From assembly GCA_002419215.1 (NCBI GenBank), contig DIFQ01000139.1, positions 4,732 through 68,731 of the forward strand: a stretch of DNA of 64,000 bases, written 5' to 3'. The notes beneath the pieces are model-generated. The model was not told the origin of the DNA. It did no database searches and worked only from the letters and a program-made list of their open reading frames with translations. Position numbers and translations under genes: made by a program. Below are positions 37,702 to 46,789 of the stretch, one piece after another; position 1 is the first letter of the stretch, and every line of letters starts with the position of its first letter. Origin of the DNA: Syntrophaceae bacterium UBA5744. Its GTDB lineage: Bacteria > Desulfobacterota > Syntrophia > Syntrophales > UBA2192.

Positions 37702-38115
37702 TCAAATCCCCCGCGCGGTCATGATCCCGTCCGGACTCAGCTCCTCCAGGCCCGCATAGGCGACGAGAACCCCCTCGCCCTTGAACGGGATGCCCATGGC
37801 CTTCTCGTCGTGCAACCGGGCCGACTCGGCATGACTGACCCGCAGGCCGGCGAAATAACAGTGGGCATTGTGCCGCTGCGCATGCGCCGCGCACCCCCGG
37901 ACGACATGGTCGTTCTCGACGGCCCCCCTGTTGGGGTGACGGGCCGTCCGGACGAGCACGTGGCCCAGGGTGCCGTTCTTCCGGGCTATGATCTGGGGGT
38001 TCACCTTGGGGTTGACGTTGATCGTCAGGACGATCCAGCCTTCCTGCTGCAGTTCCTCGCGGACGATGTGAACGCCCAGGCGGTGGATCTCCGCTTCCGT
38101 CATGGCTTCGCGCAT
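37702..38115 (-). CDS. Hypothetical protein
   Basis: 137-aa ORF with coding-like composition. The N-terminal half (GWIVLTINVNPKVNPQIIARKNGTLGHVLVRTA) loosely recalls a PD-(D/E)xK/YraN-type core but lacks the acidic residues. Confidence 0.45.
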   Translation of the reverse strand: MREAMTEAEIHRLGVHIVREELQQEGWIVLTINVNPKVNPQIIARKNGTLGHVLVRTARHPNRGAVENDHVVRGCAAHAQRHNAHCYFAGLRVSHAESARLHDEKAMGIPFKGEGVLVAYAGLEELSPDGIMTARGI

Positions 38116-38255
38116 CTCTTTTTCCTCTATGTCTCAGGGTTACTCTCTGTCTATCGGCCGAATGCGGGCAAAGATTTAATTAGATCCGGTTTTCCCGTGA
38201 TTTGGCGCGGGCGTTCTGCTAGATTACGGGGTAACCCAACCAGGGAAAGATCATC

Positions 38256-38576
38256 ATGACGGCAGGGTACAAGACACAGATCGCCGACATCCTGAAAGCC
38301 GCAGCCCGGATCGAGGCGAAAACGAAGGGGCTCTCCAGGGAGAATTTTATGCGCGATCGTGCCGCCGTCTCTGCCGTGGAAGAAGATCTTTCGCGGATCG
38401 GGAAGGCCGTCGGGGATCTGCCTGCAACAATCAGGCAGAGATACCCGGGGATCGACTGGGCCGCCTGGTCGGGGATCGGCAGTCCCGGGCGCGATACCCT
38501 CTGGCACCTTGCAGCGCAGAGGGTTCCGGACTTCGGGAAACAGGTGAACCGGATTCTTTTCGACATTACCGATTGA
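38256..38576 (+). CDS. HepT-like (DUF86, HEPN) protein, degenerate, with no adjacent MntA
   Basis: 106 aa. The helical N-terminus ends in IDWAAWSGIGSPGRDTLWHL, which contains an R-x4-H motif at the usual HEPN position. Confidence 0.55.
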   Translation: MTAGYKTQIADILKAAARIEAKTKGLSRENFMRDRAAVSAVEEDLSRIGKAVGDLPATIRQRYPGIDWAAWSGIGSPGRDTLWHLAAQRVPDFGKQVNRILFDITD

Positions 38577-38588
38577 CAGGAGCGTTGC

Positions 38589-39155
38589 ATGAAACCCGCC
38601 GTAGTGATCGTAGACATGCTCAAGGACACTCTCGAGGGCGCCCATCCCATGCCCATCAAGGAACTGGGCCGCGAAATCGTACCCGCCATCAACCGCCTGA
38701 CGGCTTTTGCCCGGGGCCGCTCCATCCCCGTGATTTTCTCCATGGACAGCTTCCTGCCCGGGGATTTCATCTTCCAGGGCAAGATGAAGAACCACTCCAT
38801 CCGGGGCACGAAGGGGGCCGAGGTGACGGACCTGCTCACGCAGGCCGAGACGGACATCTATTCGCCCAAGCGGCGATTCAGCGCCTTCTACAAGACGGAT
38901 ATCGACCAGACGCTGCGGCTCTACGGGGCCGACACGGTGGTGCTCTGCGGCATCGCCACCCACTGGTGCGTCCTGTCGTCCGCCTTCGACGCCCTGTCGA
39001 ACGATTTCCGCGTGGTCATCCTCGAGGACTGCTGCGCGAGCTTCAGCCGCGAGATGCATGCGAACTGCCTCGACATCTACCGCAAGAACCCCCTCGTGCC
39101 GCTGCTGCGGGTGATGACGGTGGAGACGTTCATGGCGGAGGTGGAAGGGTCGTGA
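38589..39155 (+). CDS. Isochorismatase-family cysteine hydrolase (nicotinamidase-like)
   Basis: Asp-Lys-Cys triad pattern: VVIVDM, SPKRRFSAF, VVLCGIATHWCV. Confidence 0.85.
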   Translation: MKPAVVIVDMLKDTLEGAHPMPIKELGREIVPAINRLTAFARGRSIPVIFSMDSFLPGDFIFQGKMKNHSIRGTKGAEVTDLLTQAETDIYSPKRRFSAFYKTDIDQTLRLYGADTVVLCGIATHWCVLSSAFDALSNDFRVVILEDCCASFSREMHANCLDIYRKNPLVPLLRVMTVETFMAEVEGS

Positions 39156-39529
39156 TGAAGCTGAGTGCCAGGGAGTTCGACCGGGCCGTCCAGCGGGCGA
39201 TCCGGCGCATCCCGCCTCGGATCCGAAAGCACCTCGACAACATGGTGATCTCCGTTCAGAAGTGGCCCGACCCGGAGCTTCTCGAGGAGATGGGGCTTCC
39301 GCCCGACGAGCCGCTCCTGGGCGTCTACACGGGGGCTTCGCTCATGGAGCGCTCCCACTTCGACACCCTGCAGTACCCCGATACGATCCAGATCTTCCAG
39401 GAGCCCCTGGAGGAGATGTGCGAGACCCTGGAAGAGCTCGAGGATGAGATCGAGATCACCGTGGTCCACGAGGTGGCCCACTTCATCGGGATGACGGAGG
39501 AGGAACTCGTCGAACTGGGCTATGAATAA
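39155..39529 (+). CDS. Minimal zinc metallopeptidase-like protein (DUF1025 / minigluzincin-like)
   Basis: The ATG at 39155 overlaps the preceding stop (GTGATG). 124 aa with the C-terminal motif VVHEVAHFIGMTEEEL. Confidence 0.7.
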   Translation: MKLSAREFDRAVQRAIRRIPPRIRKHLDNMVISVQKWPDPELLEEMGLPPDEPLLGVYTGASLMERSHFDTLQYPDTIQIFQEPLEEMCETLEELEDEIEITVVHEVAHFIGMTEEELVELGYE

Positions 39530-39711
39530 AGTGACCAGCGGCCGGTGACCAGTAAAAGAGGGAGCGAGGGGGGAGCCAACAGCCAACAGATTTCCCCCAT
39601 ATGCCTTTTCCTTCGACTGTCGGTTTCCGGATGCCGCTGCATCAGGCAGAAGCCTTGACAGGAGAGGCCCGTACCGATAAGGTCAGCTTACAGGTTTTGG
39701 AGTCAAACAGC

Positions 39712-40689
39712 ATGTACAGGACAGTTAAAAACGTGGCGCTCGCGGTGAGCGCCGTCATCCTCTTTTTCTTCGTCCTTTTCGTCGTCAACCAGACGGCGCA
39801 GGTGGTGGGGCTTGCCGACAGGGTGAGTCCGACCTTCGGCACGGCCGTCCTGTGGTTTCTGCTCGGGCTCTATGCTGCCCTCATCGTCGCCACGGCGGCC
39901 TTCTTCCTGCGGATGCGCAAACCGCTCGAGCCGCCCGAAAGCGAGATGGAGCCGGAGTTTTCACGGCACCTCGACGCCCTGCGGATGCGGCTGGCCGCAA
40001 ACCCCCGCCTCAAGGGGCACGACCTTTCCAGCCGTGCGGCAATCGAGAAGGCCCTGGAGGATCTCGGCCGCGAGTGCGACGTGATCATCCGCGACAGCGC
40101 CGCGGCCGTCTTCGTCAGCACGGCCATCTCCCAGAGCGGGAGGCTCGACACGGTCTTCGTGCTCACGGCCCAATTCCGCATGGTGTGGAAAATTGCCGCC
40201 ATCCACTCCCAGCGGCCGGCGCTGCGGGAGTTGATCAACCTCTTCGCCAACGTGGCTGCCACGGCTTTCGTGGCGGGCGAGCTCGACGAGGCGGAGATCA
40301 GCGAGCAGATCGAGCCGATCCTCTCGTCGGCCCTCGGCGCCGTGAGCCTTTCCGTTCCCGGCGTGCAGGCCGCCGCCTCCATCGTCGTCACCTCGATCCT
40401 CACGGGCGCCGCCAACGCCTTTCTCACGCTGCGGGTGGGGATCGTCGCGAGGCGCTGGTGCGGCAGCCTCGTCGTTGCCGATCGCCGCACGCTGCGCCGC
40501 ACGGCCACGGCCGAAGCGGCAAAACTCCTGGGGGCGATCGTCAAGAGCGGCACGGCCCGGATCTCCAGGGGGCTGTGGCATGCCTCCAGGGACAAGGTGG
40601 GAGGAGCCTTCTCGGGGCTCACGGGGCTTGCCCGCGATATCAAGGATTCCCTTTTTGCGCTGCTCAAATTGAAGAGAGGTGAAGAGTGA
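39712..40689 (+). CDS. Membrane protein, DUF697/YcjF-like
   Basis: Start at the ATG at 39712 (MYRTVKNVALAVSAVILFFFV). TM pairs and a central conserved-looking region (VFVSTAISQSGRLDTVFVL). Weak family call. Confidence 0.5.
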   Translation: MYRTVKNVALAVSAVILFFFVLFVVNQTAQVVGLADRVSPTFGTAVLWFLLGLYAALIVATAAFFLRMRKPLEPPESEMEPEFSRHLDALRMRLAANPRLKGHDLSSRAAIEKALEDLGRECDVIIRDSAAAVFVSTAISQSGRLDTVFVLTAQFRMVWKIAAIHSQRPALRELINLFANVAATAFVAGELDEAEISEQIEPILSSALGAVSLSVPGVQAAASIVVTSILTGAANAFLTLRVGIVARRWCGSLVVADRRTLRRTATAEAAKLLGAIVKSGTARISRGLWHASRDKVGGAFSGLTGLARDIKDSLFALLKLKRGEE

Positions 40690-40702
40690 GGTCGTACGCG
40701 GA

Positions 40703-41620
40703 ATGACGATGAAAAAGAGGAATTCCGCCGCGGGACCGTTTCTGGCCCTTGTCTTCATCTCCCTGATCTGGGGCTACAACTGGGTCGTCATGAAGGAGAC
40801 GCTGCGCTACGCGGGGCCTTTCGACTTCAACGCCCTGCGGATGGCGCTCGGCAGCGTCTTTCTCTTTGCCTTCATGGCCTGGAAGAGGGAACCCCTGAGG
40901 CCGCCGTTTCCCCTGTGGACGGCCATCCTCGGGTTCGTCCAGACGGCCCTGGGCACGGGGCTCATCGTGTGGGCCCTGGAAACGGGCGGCGCCGGAAAGA
41001 CCTCGATCCTTGTCTACACGATGCCTTTCTGGATCCTGCTCCTCGCCTGGCTCGTCCTGGACGAGAAGGTCCGGGGCGCCCTGTGGGTGCCCATCGTCAT
41101 GGCCTTCTGCGGCCTTGTCTTCATCCTCGAGCCCTGGGCCCTCGGGGGCACGGCGCAGAGCAAGATGCTCGCCGTGATGTCCGGCGTGTGCTGGGCCACG
41201 GGCGCCGTCATCGTGAAGCTCCTGGGCAAGGGCCGGAAGCTCGACCTCATCCGGCTTACAACGTGGCAGCTCATCTTCGGGACCCTGCCGCTCGTCCCGG
41301 TGGCCTTCCTCGTGCCTTCGCAGCCCATCGAGTGGTCCCCCTACTTCATCGGGTCGATCGTCTATAACTCCATCCTCGTCTGCGGTGTGGCCTTTCTGCT
41401 GTGGACCTTCGTGATTGACCGTCTTCCCGCCGGGGTGGCCGGCCTGGGGACACTGGCCGTGCCCGTCATCGGCATGACAGGCTCGCGGCTGCAGCTGGGC
41501 GAGCAGATCGCTTTCTGGGAGGGCTGGGGAATCGCCCTCGTTGTGGCGGCCCTGGCGCTCCTGTCGATCATGCGGCTGCGCGAGCGACGGAAGGAAGCCG
41601 TCGTCCTGGGGCAGGACTAG
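40703..41620 (+). CDS. EamA/DMT-family transporter
   Basis: About 10 TM, with two EamA-like halves (LIWGYNWVVMK ...). Confidence 0.85.
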   Translation: MTMKKRNSAAGPFLALVFISLIWGYNWVVMKETLRYAGPFDFNALRMALGSVFLFAFMAWKREPLRPPFPLWTAILGFVQTALGTGLIVWALETGGAGKTSILVYTMPFWILLLAWLVLDEKVRGALWVPIVMAFCGLVFILEPWALGGTAQSKMLAVMSGVCWATGAVIVKLLGKGRKLDLIRLTTWQLIFGTLPLVPVAFLVPSQPIEWSPYFIGSIVYNSILVCGVAFLLWTFVIDRLPAGVAGLGTLAVPVIGMTGSRLQLGEQIAFWEGWGIALVVAALALLSIMRLRERRKEAVVLGQD

Positions 41621-41632
41621 GCCGCTACGCGG

Positions 41633-41675
41633 CCGGAATCGGGCATCCGGAATCCGGATTCCGGAAACCTGAAAC
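41633..41675. repeat. Short GGAATCCGG-type palindromic element
   Basis: Contains the perfect 18-nt palindrome CCGGAATCCGGATTCCGG (41647-41664), just after the EamA gene. Confidence 0.65.
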
Positions 41676-41746
41676 TCTTTTTTGCAGCGACCTTGGCGTT
41701 AACGCTGCTGTCTGACTCGAGTGTGCAAGGGGGGAACCTCGCAGTG

Positions 41747-43420
41747 ATGACATTCATGGACCCAGCGAAAGAAAAGGCAGAGATGCGCCGGACCGTTCGG
41801 CTTGCCGCTTTCGGCCTGTCCCGAAGGGACGCGATTCTCTGCGCGGCAGCCCTCGCGTGCGCCCTGCTCCTCGGGGCCTGGGGATTGACGAACCACGCCT
41901 TCCGGGACGACGAGGCCGGCACGGCCCTCTTTGCCCGCAATCTCCTGGCCACGGGGGAACTGACCGCCTGGGACGGCGTCAACCTCATCGGCTTCCGCCA
42001 GGGGATGCAGCTCGACGAAGGGCTGCAGAACGCCTTTGCGCCGCCCCTGCAGTATTACATCGCGGCGGCGGGGTTTTTCCTCTTCGGGGAGACGACCTTC
42101 GGCGGCCGCATCCTCTTTCTCATCGCGGGGATTCTCACCCTGCCCGTGCTGATGATATGGGCCCGGCGGCACTTCGACGGGCGCGTGCCGGTCTGGCTGC
42201 CGGCCCTCATCGTCGCTTTCGCACCGGCCTGGCTGCTGTTCATCCGCCAGTGCAGCTATTTCGCGCCGGCCATGCTCTTTACGCTCTGCCTGCTGGCTGC
42301 CTGGTCCTGGACAGGCGCGACGAGGCGCTCCCGGTTGACGGTCCTGGCAGCCGGCGCGCTCTCCACGGCCGCTCTCTGGTATGCCAGCTACCTCAACGCG
42401 GCCGCCGCCCTGGCCATGCTGCCCGTTTTTCTGCTCGACGGCCGGTACCGAACCCGGCAGAAGGGGGCTTTCCTCGGCGTCGTCCTGGCCGTCTCCCTGA
42501 TCTGCGGCATCCACATCTGGCTTGCAAAGGGCCCGACGGCGGACCAGTTCTTCATCACGGGGATCGATCGCGTTGCGGCTCTTTTTGCCCGGCACATGGC
42601 TGGTCTGGGCACCTTCGAGTTTTTTCCCGTGCTCCTGGCGGTGGTCATGATGGTGCCCTTTGCCGGGCAGCGTTTCGGGCGCCTGCGCCGGTTCGCCCGC
42701 CAGGGCTGGGTTGTCTTTCTGGCCATGGTCGCGGCGATTGCGGCGACGGCCCTCTTTTCCCCCCAGCCCGTCAGCGGCGCGGCGAGTGCGGACATGCGCT
42801 ACGTGGCGCCCCTCATCGTTGTCGGCGCCGCCGTGACGTCGGTCTGTCTCGTCATCCTGTGGGATCTCTCGCGCCCCCTCGCCTGCATTGCGGCCCTGCT
42901 GGTCGTGATGACCAATGCGCTGACGCTCTCGTGGGTTGCCGTCCCGCAGATCCCGCTGCGGAGCACGCTCCTGAGCTATGTCGCGGAGGGGGCGCAGGAT
43001 TACAGGACGGGGACGGAGGCTCTCGTGGAGGCCGCGGCGGCTCTTCCCGGGGGAAGCACGGTGCTGATCTTCCCCGACCTCATGACCTACGGGCCCATGT
43101 TCTATGTGCCGGGGCAGCGATACTGCTGGCAGCTCACGGAACGGAAAATCCTGCAGCCGGGCCTGCGCGAGACCCTCCCCGACTATCTCTTCGTCGAACG
43201 GGCGCGTCCGGATTACATCCTCACCGGTCCCGTCGCGCCGGAATCGCTCATCGCCCGGTTCGAGGGAAAATTCGGCAAGGGGTCGTACCGCCTGCGGGGC
43301 TACCTCCCGGGCGATTGGCGGGACTGCAGCCGGCCGGAGATTCCCCTGCACTGCTTCGGACCGCCTCCTGCGCGGCCGGGGCAGCAGGGCATTGCCGTCA
43401 TCGAGTCGACGGGGCGCTGA
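41747..43420 (+). CDS. Polytopic glycosyltransferase, GT39/ArnT (PMT_2)-like
   Basis: About 557 aa with more than 10 TM. The first loop carries the acidic pair RDDEAG, as in ArnT/PMT enzymes. Start uncertain (41693/41747). Confidence 0.65.
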   Translation: MTFMDPAKEKAEMRRTVRLAAFGLSRRDAILCAAALACALLLGAWGLTNHAFRDDEAGTALFARNLLATGELTAWDGVNLIGFRQGMQLDEGLQNAFAPPLQYYIAAAGFFLFGETTFGGRILFLIAGILTLPVLMIWARRHFDGRVPVWLPALIVAFAPAWLLFIRQCSYFAPAMLFTLCLLAAWSWTGATRRSRLTVLAAGALSTAALWYASYLNAAAALAMLPVFLLDGRYRTRQKGAFLGVVLAVSLICGIHIWLAKGPTADQFFITGIDRVAALFARHMAGLGTFEFFPVLLAVVMMVPFAGQRFGRLRRFARQGWVVFLAMVAAIAATALFSPQPVSGAASADMRYVAPLIVVGAAVTSVCLVILWDLSRPLACIAALLVVMTNALTLSWVAVPQIPLRSTLLSYVAEGAQDYRTGTEALVEAAAALPGGSTVLIFPDLMTYGPMFYVPGQRYCWQLTERKILQPGLRETLPDYLFVERARPDYILTGPVAPESLIARFEGKFGKGSYRLRGYLPGDWRDCSRPEIPLHCFGPPPARPGQQGIAVIESTGR

Positions 43421-43460
43421 AGGCTCCACGGGCCCGTGCAAAGAGCATTCCGGTTTGCGA

Positions 43461-44561
43461 TCAGGTCTGAAAGGACAGGGAAGGGTCGAACCAGCTGAGG
43501 GCCCGGTCGTTTTTCTCCCGCGGGTAGGCGTGGTAGAGGTCGTCGACGATCTCGAGCGTCACATCGGCACCGGCGGCGGCAAGTTCCTTTTCACCCCTCT
43601 TCGCCCGCCAGGCCGGGAACATCCAGTCTTTTGCCCCGTGTACCCAGTAAATCCGTCTTCCCGTCGCGTGTCTCAGGTCGAAAGGCGCCAGGATGCCCGA
43701 AAAAACGGCAAAGTGCGTGAAAGGCGTCTCCCTGTCGAGAGAGCGCTTGAGGGCGTAGGTCGCCCCGTCGGAAAGCCCCGTGAGCAGGATGCGGCTGCGG
43801 TCGATGTTCCACCGACCGAGCGAAAACGCGAGGAGTTGCTCCAGCATCTCTCCGTCGGCGTCGGGACCCGTGATGGTCCAGGTGATGTTGAGGGACGTGG
43901 GGCAGGCCAGCGCGAAACGCCGGCTGCGCGCCTCGCGGAGCCATGTCCAGACGGTATCCCTGCCGTGACCGAAGCCGCCGTGCAGCGCAATGACGAGGGG
44001 GAGCCGCTCCGACCTGCCGCGGTCCTCGGGGATGTAGAACGAGGCGGCGCCTCTTGCGTAGGGCTCCGCAGCGGGGCCGCCATGGAAGAGGCCCTTTGCG
44101 GGATCGGCGCCGGGGTCGGGAAGGTATTCGGAAGCGCGGCTGCGGGCCTGCGGCTCGAGGAAGTAGCGGTTTACAGCAGGGCTCACCGGGCAGAGCGGAA
44201 GGAGAAGCTCCTGCGCGCGGTGGATCCTCCGGCCGGCCTTCCGGAAGTTGATCAGCGAGGGTTCGAGCCCGTCGGCCTCCGTTGCCGTCGTCAGGGCATC
44301 GAGGCACAGGGCCGAGGCCTCGAGGAGCGCCTTGCGGACCGGCTCCGCATCTGCCGGCGACGGATCGTCCACGAGGTCCTCCTGGGCCTTTGCCAGCTCA
44401 CCCCGGAAAGGGGCGAACTGCCCGCGCAGTTGCGGCACGATGCCCGGGAAATAGGCCCGCTGGGCCGACTCGAAGCTCTCCAGCGCGGCGGTGAGCCGCT
44501 CTGCAAGCGCTTCCATGTTTGTCAGGGCATCGGGAGACAAGACTTCTTCCTCCGGCTGCAA
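43461..44561 (-). CDS. Alpha/beta hydrolase (phospholipase/carboxylesterase-like) with an N-terminal helical domain
   Basis: VIALHGGFGHG oxyanion region, GLSDG nucleophile elbow, and later WVHGAKD. Confidence 0.75.
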   Translation of the reverse strand: MQPEEEVLSPDALTNMEALAERLTAALESFESAQRAYFPGIVPQLRGQFAPFRGELAKAQEDLVDDPSPADAEPVRKALLEASALCLDALTTATEADGLEPSLINFRKAGRRIHRAQELLLPLCPVSPAVNRYFLEPQARSRASEYLPDPGADPAKGLFHGGPAAEPYARGAASFYIPEDRGRSERLPLVIALHGGFGHGRDTVWTWLREARSRRFALACPTSLNITWTITGPDADGEMLEQLLAFSLGRWNIDRSRILLTGLSDGATYALKRSLDRETPFTHFAVFSGILAPFDLRHATGRRIYWVHGAKDWMFPAWRAKRGEKELAAAGADVTLEIVDDLYHAYPREKNDRALSWFDPSLSFQT

Positions 44562-44579
44562 ATCCCCCTTGCTTCTTTT

Positions 44580-44661
44580 TCACCCTCACCCTGACCCTCT
44601 CCAACAAGAGGAAGGAGAGGCATTCACCCTCACCCCGGCCCTCTCCCCTCAGGGGAGAGGG
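44580..44661. repeat. REP-like palindrome cluster (TCACCCTCACCC ... CCCTCTCCCCTCAGGGGAGAGGG)
   Basis: Same word family as 28958 and 32729. Lies between the lipoprotein and hydrolase genes. Confidence 0.7.
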
Positions 44662-44737
44662 AGATTATGGAAGCGACCTCCAGAGGGAGAGGGAAATCAA
44701 GGTAGTGGCCCTCATAGGGGGAAAGAGGGGGATTTTT

Positions 44738-46435
44738 CTACTTGTCGATGGTTGCTTCCGTCATGTCCTGTTGGGCGTCGATCTCGACCTTTACGGGAGT
44801 CACCTGCAGGGCGCCGTCCTGTCCCTTCGGGGTGAAGGTGAAGATGTGCACGATCCTCAGATCGGCCTGCTCCGCAGGGCCTTCATATTCCTTGTAGCCC
44901 CACGTCCAGCCATCGAGCCTGTACGAGGAAGGGTTTGCAAGCTGTCGCAGGGCTTCGCCGTATGTGGTCTCGTAGGGCCTGATGCGGGCTATCTTCAATG
45001 CCCCCGTGATCTCCCGCCAGACCTTGGCCGCCCTGGCGACCGACCCGTCGTTGTTCAACTGGAGCCGGATCTGTCCGCCGTCGCCGAGCACGGGAACGGA
45101 TTTTCCGTCCAGTTCGATCTGGCGCCGGAAGGTGATGAAAACGCTCTTCTGGCGCCTGATCATCTCGAATGTCCTGTTGCTCACCGGGGCCGTTTCGAGC
45201 ATCATGCGGACTCCCTCGGGCTTCGCGGCGGCCTCGGTCAGGCCCCATTCCCGCAGGAACCGGGCGGCGCGATCCAGGTACTGATCCTCTTTCAGCGCCC
45301 GATCGTCGGGATCGAACTTGATCTCCCCGTTCAGGTAGAGCGCCCCGCTGGCGGGGCGGACTCGCACGGAGAGGCCTGTGGCATTTTCCAGGTCCGAGGA
45401 GACGAGCATGCCGTCCTGCCGTTCGAAGACCAGTTTCTTCAATGTTGACGGAAGCGGCATGGGTTTGAGCCCGAAGATGGGCGCCCAGAGAGGGGAGCCT
45501 GTCTCGGCGGGCCTGCCGGGCTGGTGGGTGGAGCGGAAGGGGACGGGGTACTGCATATGGTAGTGGGATGTGCCGGAGGGATTGGGTGACGTGAAAAGCC
45601 TCTCGTCGAAAAGGGGTGTTCGCTCGACACTTGCACTTCCCAGGGTGATGCAGAGGGGAAGGGCGCCCTCGCGCTGCCGGCGAAACCCTTCGATGAAGGC
45701 GTCAGCCGGCGCCAGGCGGTTAGAGGACCGGTCATAGAGGTCCCAGACCCGGCGGGCATCGTCGGGGTGGCAGAAGGCGGCCGTCGAGAAGCCGCAGGCC
45801 ATCCGCAGTCCCGGCGCGAGCATGCCGCCCCATCGCTCGGAGACATTCCTGATATGCACCGTGTCCTGCGAGCCTTCGTAGCTCTCGGGACAGCCGAAAT
45901 CCGGAGCGCCCCCCGGGCATTGCCGCGGCCCGTGGGCGAAGACGTTCGAGGCGCACTGCCAGAAGTACCGCAGGCCGTCTCCGTCGCCCCGGCCGTTGCC
46001 GAGCCGCATTCTTCCCGGTTCCACGACATGCGTCTCCGAGGCGCTCTGGGGGCACTTTTCCGGGTCCCGGCCGTTCGGCATGACAAGCCATGTCTCCGGC
46101 GTGCCGTGCGATGCGCTGAAAAAGAGCGTTGCCGTGTCGACGCCGTTGTAAGGGGCCGTGTCGTTTCCGGCGGGATCGAGTCGCGGGTCCTGATAATAAG
46201 GCTCGGCGTAGCACAGGCCCTCGTGCATCAGGGTCTTGTCGGAAGCAGGGAAGGGGGCATACTTCAGGAACTCCCCGGCCATCTCCCGCGACCCGCCCGG
46301 TGCGCCGGGGGCTGCCCTGAGAGTGGGTTTCGAGAATTCAGAGGGGATGAGCGTGTGCCCGGGATGGCAGGATGTGATAATCACCCCTCCCATGAATGCC
46401 ACGGCCCAGGCGATCGTTCGTTTCTTCGTCGGCAT
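44738..46435 (-). CDS. Large lipoprotein of unknown function with a caspase-like His/Cys dyad pattern
   Basis: 565 aa. Signal plus lipobox (IITSC). TATLFFSASHG (His110) and LRYFWQCAS (Cys161) each follow a hydrophobic strand. Confidence 0.7.
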   Translation of the reverse strand: MPTKKRTIAWAVAFMGGVIITSCHPGHTLIPSEFSKPTLRAAPGAPGGSREMAGEFLKYAPFPASDKTLMHEGLCYAEPYYQDPRLDPAGNDTAPYNGVDTATLFFSASHGTPETWLVMPNGRDPEKCPQSASETHVVEPGRMRLGNGRGDGDGLRYFWQCASNVFAHGPRQCPGGAPDFGCPESYEGSQDTVHIRNVSERWGGMLAPGLRMACGFSTAAFCHPDDARRVWDLYDRSSNRLAPADAFIEGFRRQREGALPLCITLGSASVERTPLFDERLFTSPNPSGTSHYHMQYPVPFRSTHQPGRPAETGSPLWAPIFGLKPMPLPSTLKKLVFERQDGMLVSSDLENATGLSVRVRPASGALYLNGEIKFDPDDRALKEDQYLDRAARFLREWGLTEAAAKPEGVRMMLETAPVSNRTFEMIRRQKSVFITFRRQIELDGKSVPVLGDGGQIRLQLNNDGSVARAAKVWREITGALKIARIRPYETTYGEALRQLANPSSYRLDGWTWGYKEYEGPAEQADLRIVHIFTFTPKGQDGALQVTPVKVEIDAQQDMTEATIDK

Positions 46436-46463
46436 GAATCGATAAGGGGAGCTGCGCCGGGCG

Positions 46464-46640
46464 CTATTTTTTCTTTTCGATGGTTTTTGACTTGATCTTC
46501 TTGATCTCCTCCAGCAACTCCGCCTTCTTGATGAGGCCCTTCTTGTCCAGCAGGTTCACGAGAGCCTCCGACAGCACCACTTCGTAGACCATCATCTCTT
46601 TAATGTCCTCGAACTGTTCCGGGTCCATCTCTTTCGCCAT
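46464..46640 (-). CDS. Small ORF (58 aa) below the ORF-track cutoff
   Basis: MAKEMDPEQFEDIKEMMVYEVVLSEALVNLLDKKGLIKKAELLEEIKKIKSKTIEKKK. The ATG is preceded by GGAGGAG at about 7 nt. The stop lies 28 nt upstream of the next gene's start. Confidence 0.5.
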   Translation of the reverse strand: MAKEMDPEQFEDIKEMMVYEVVLSEALVNLLDKKGLIKKAELLEEIKKIKSKTIEKKK

Positions 46641-46789
46641 GGGATTCTCCTCCGAACGCCTGTGAAGTCTTTTCCGTCTATCCGGTCTGTCCCGTCATGC
46701 CGCCTGCGGAGGCGGTAATTGAGAATCGGGTACTGGACATTGTGAAGCCCGAAGCCCGTCTACACCTTACACCCATGTCCCTTTTTATT

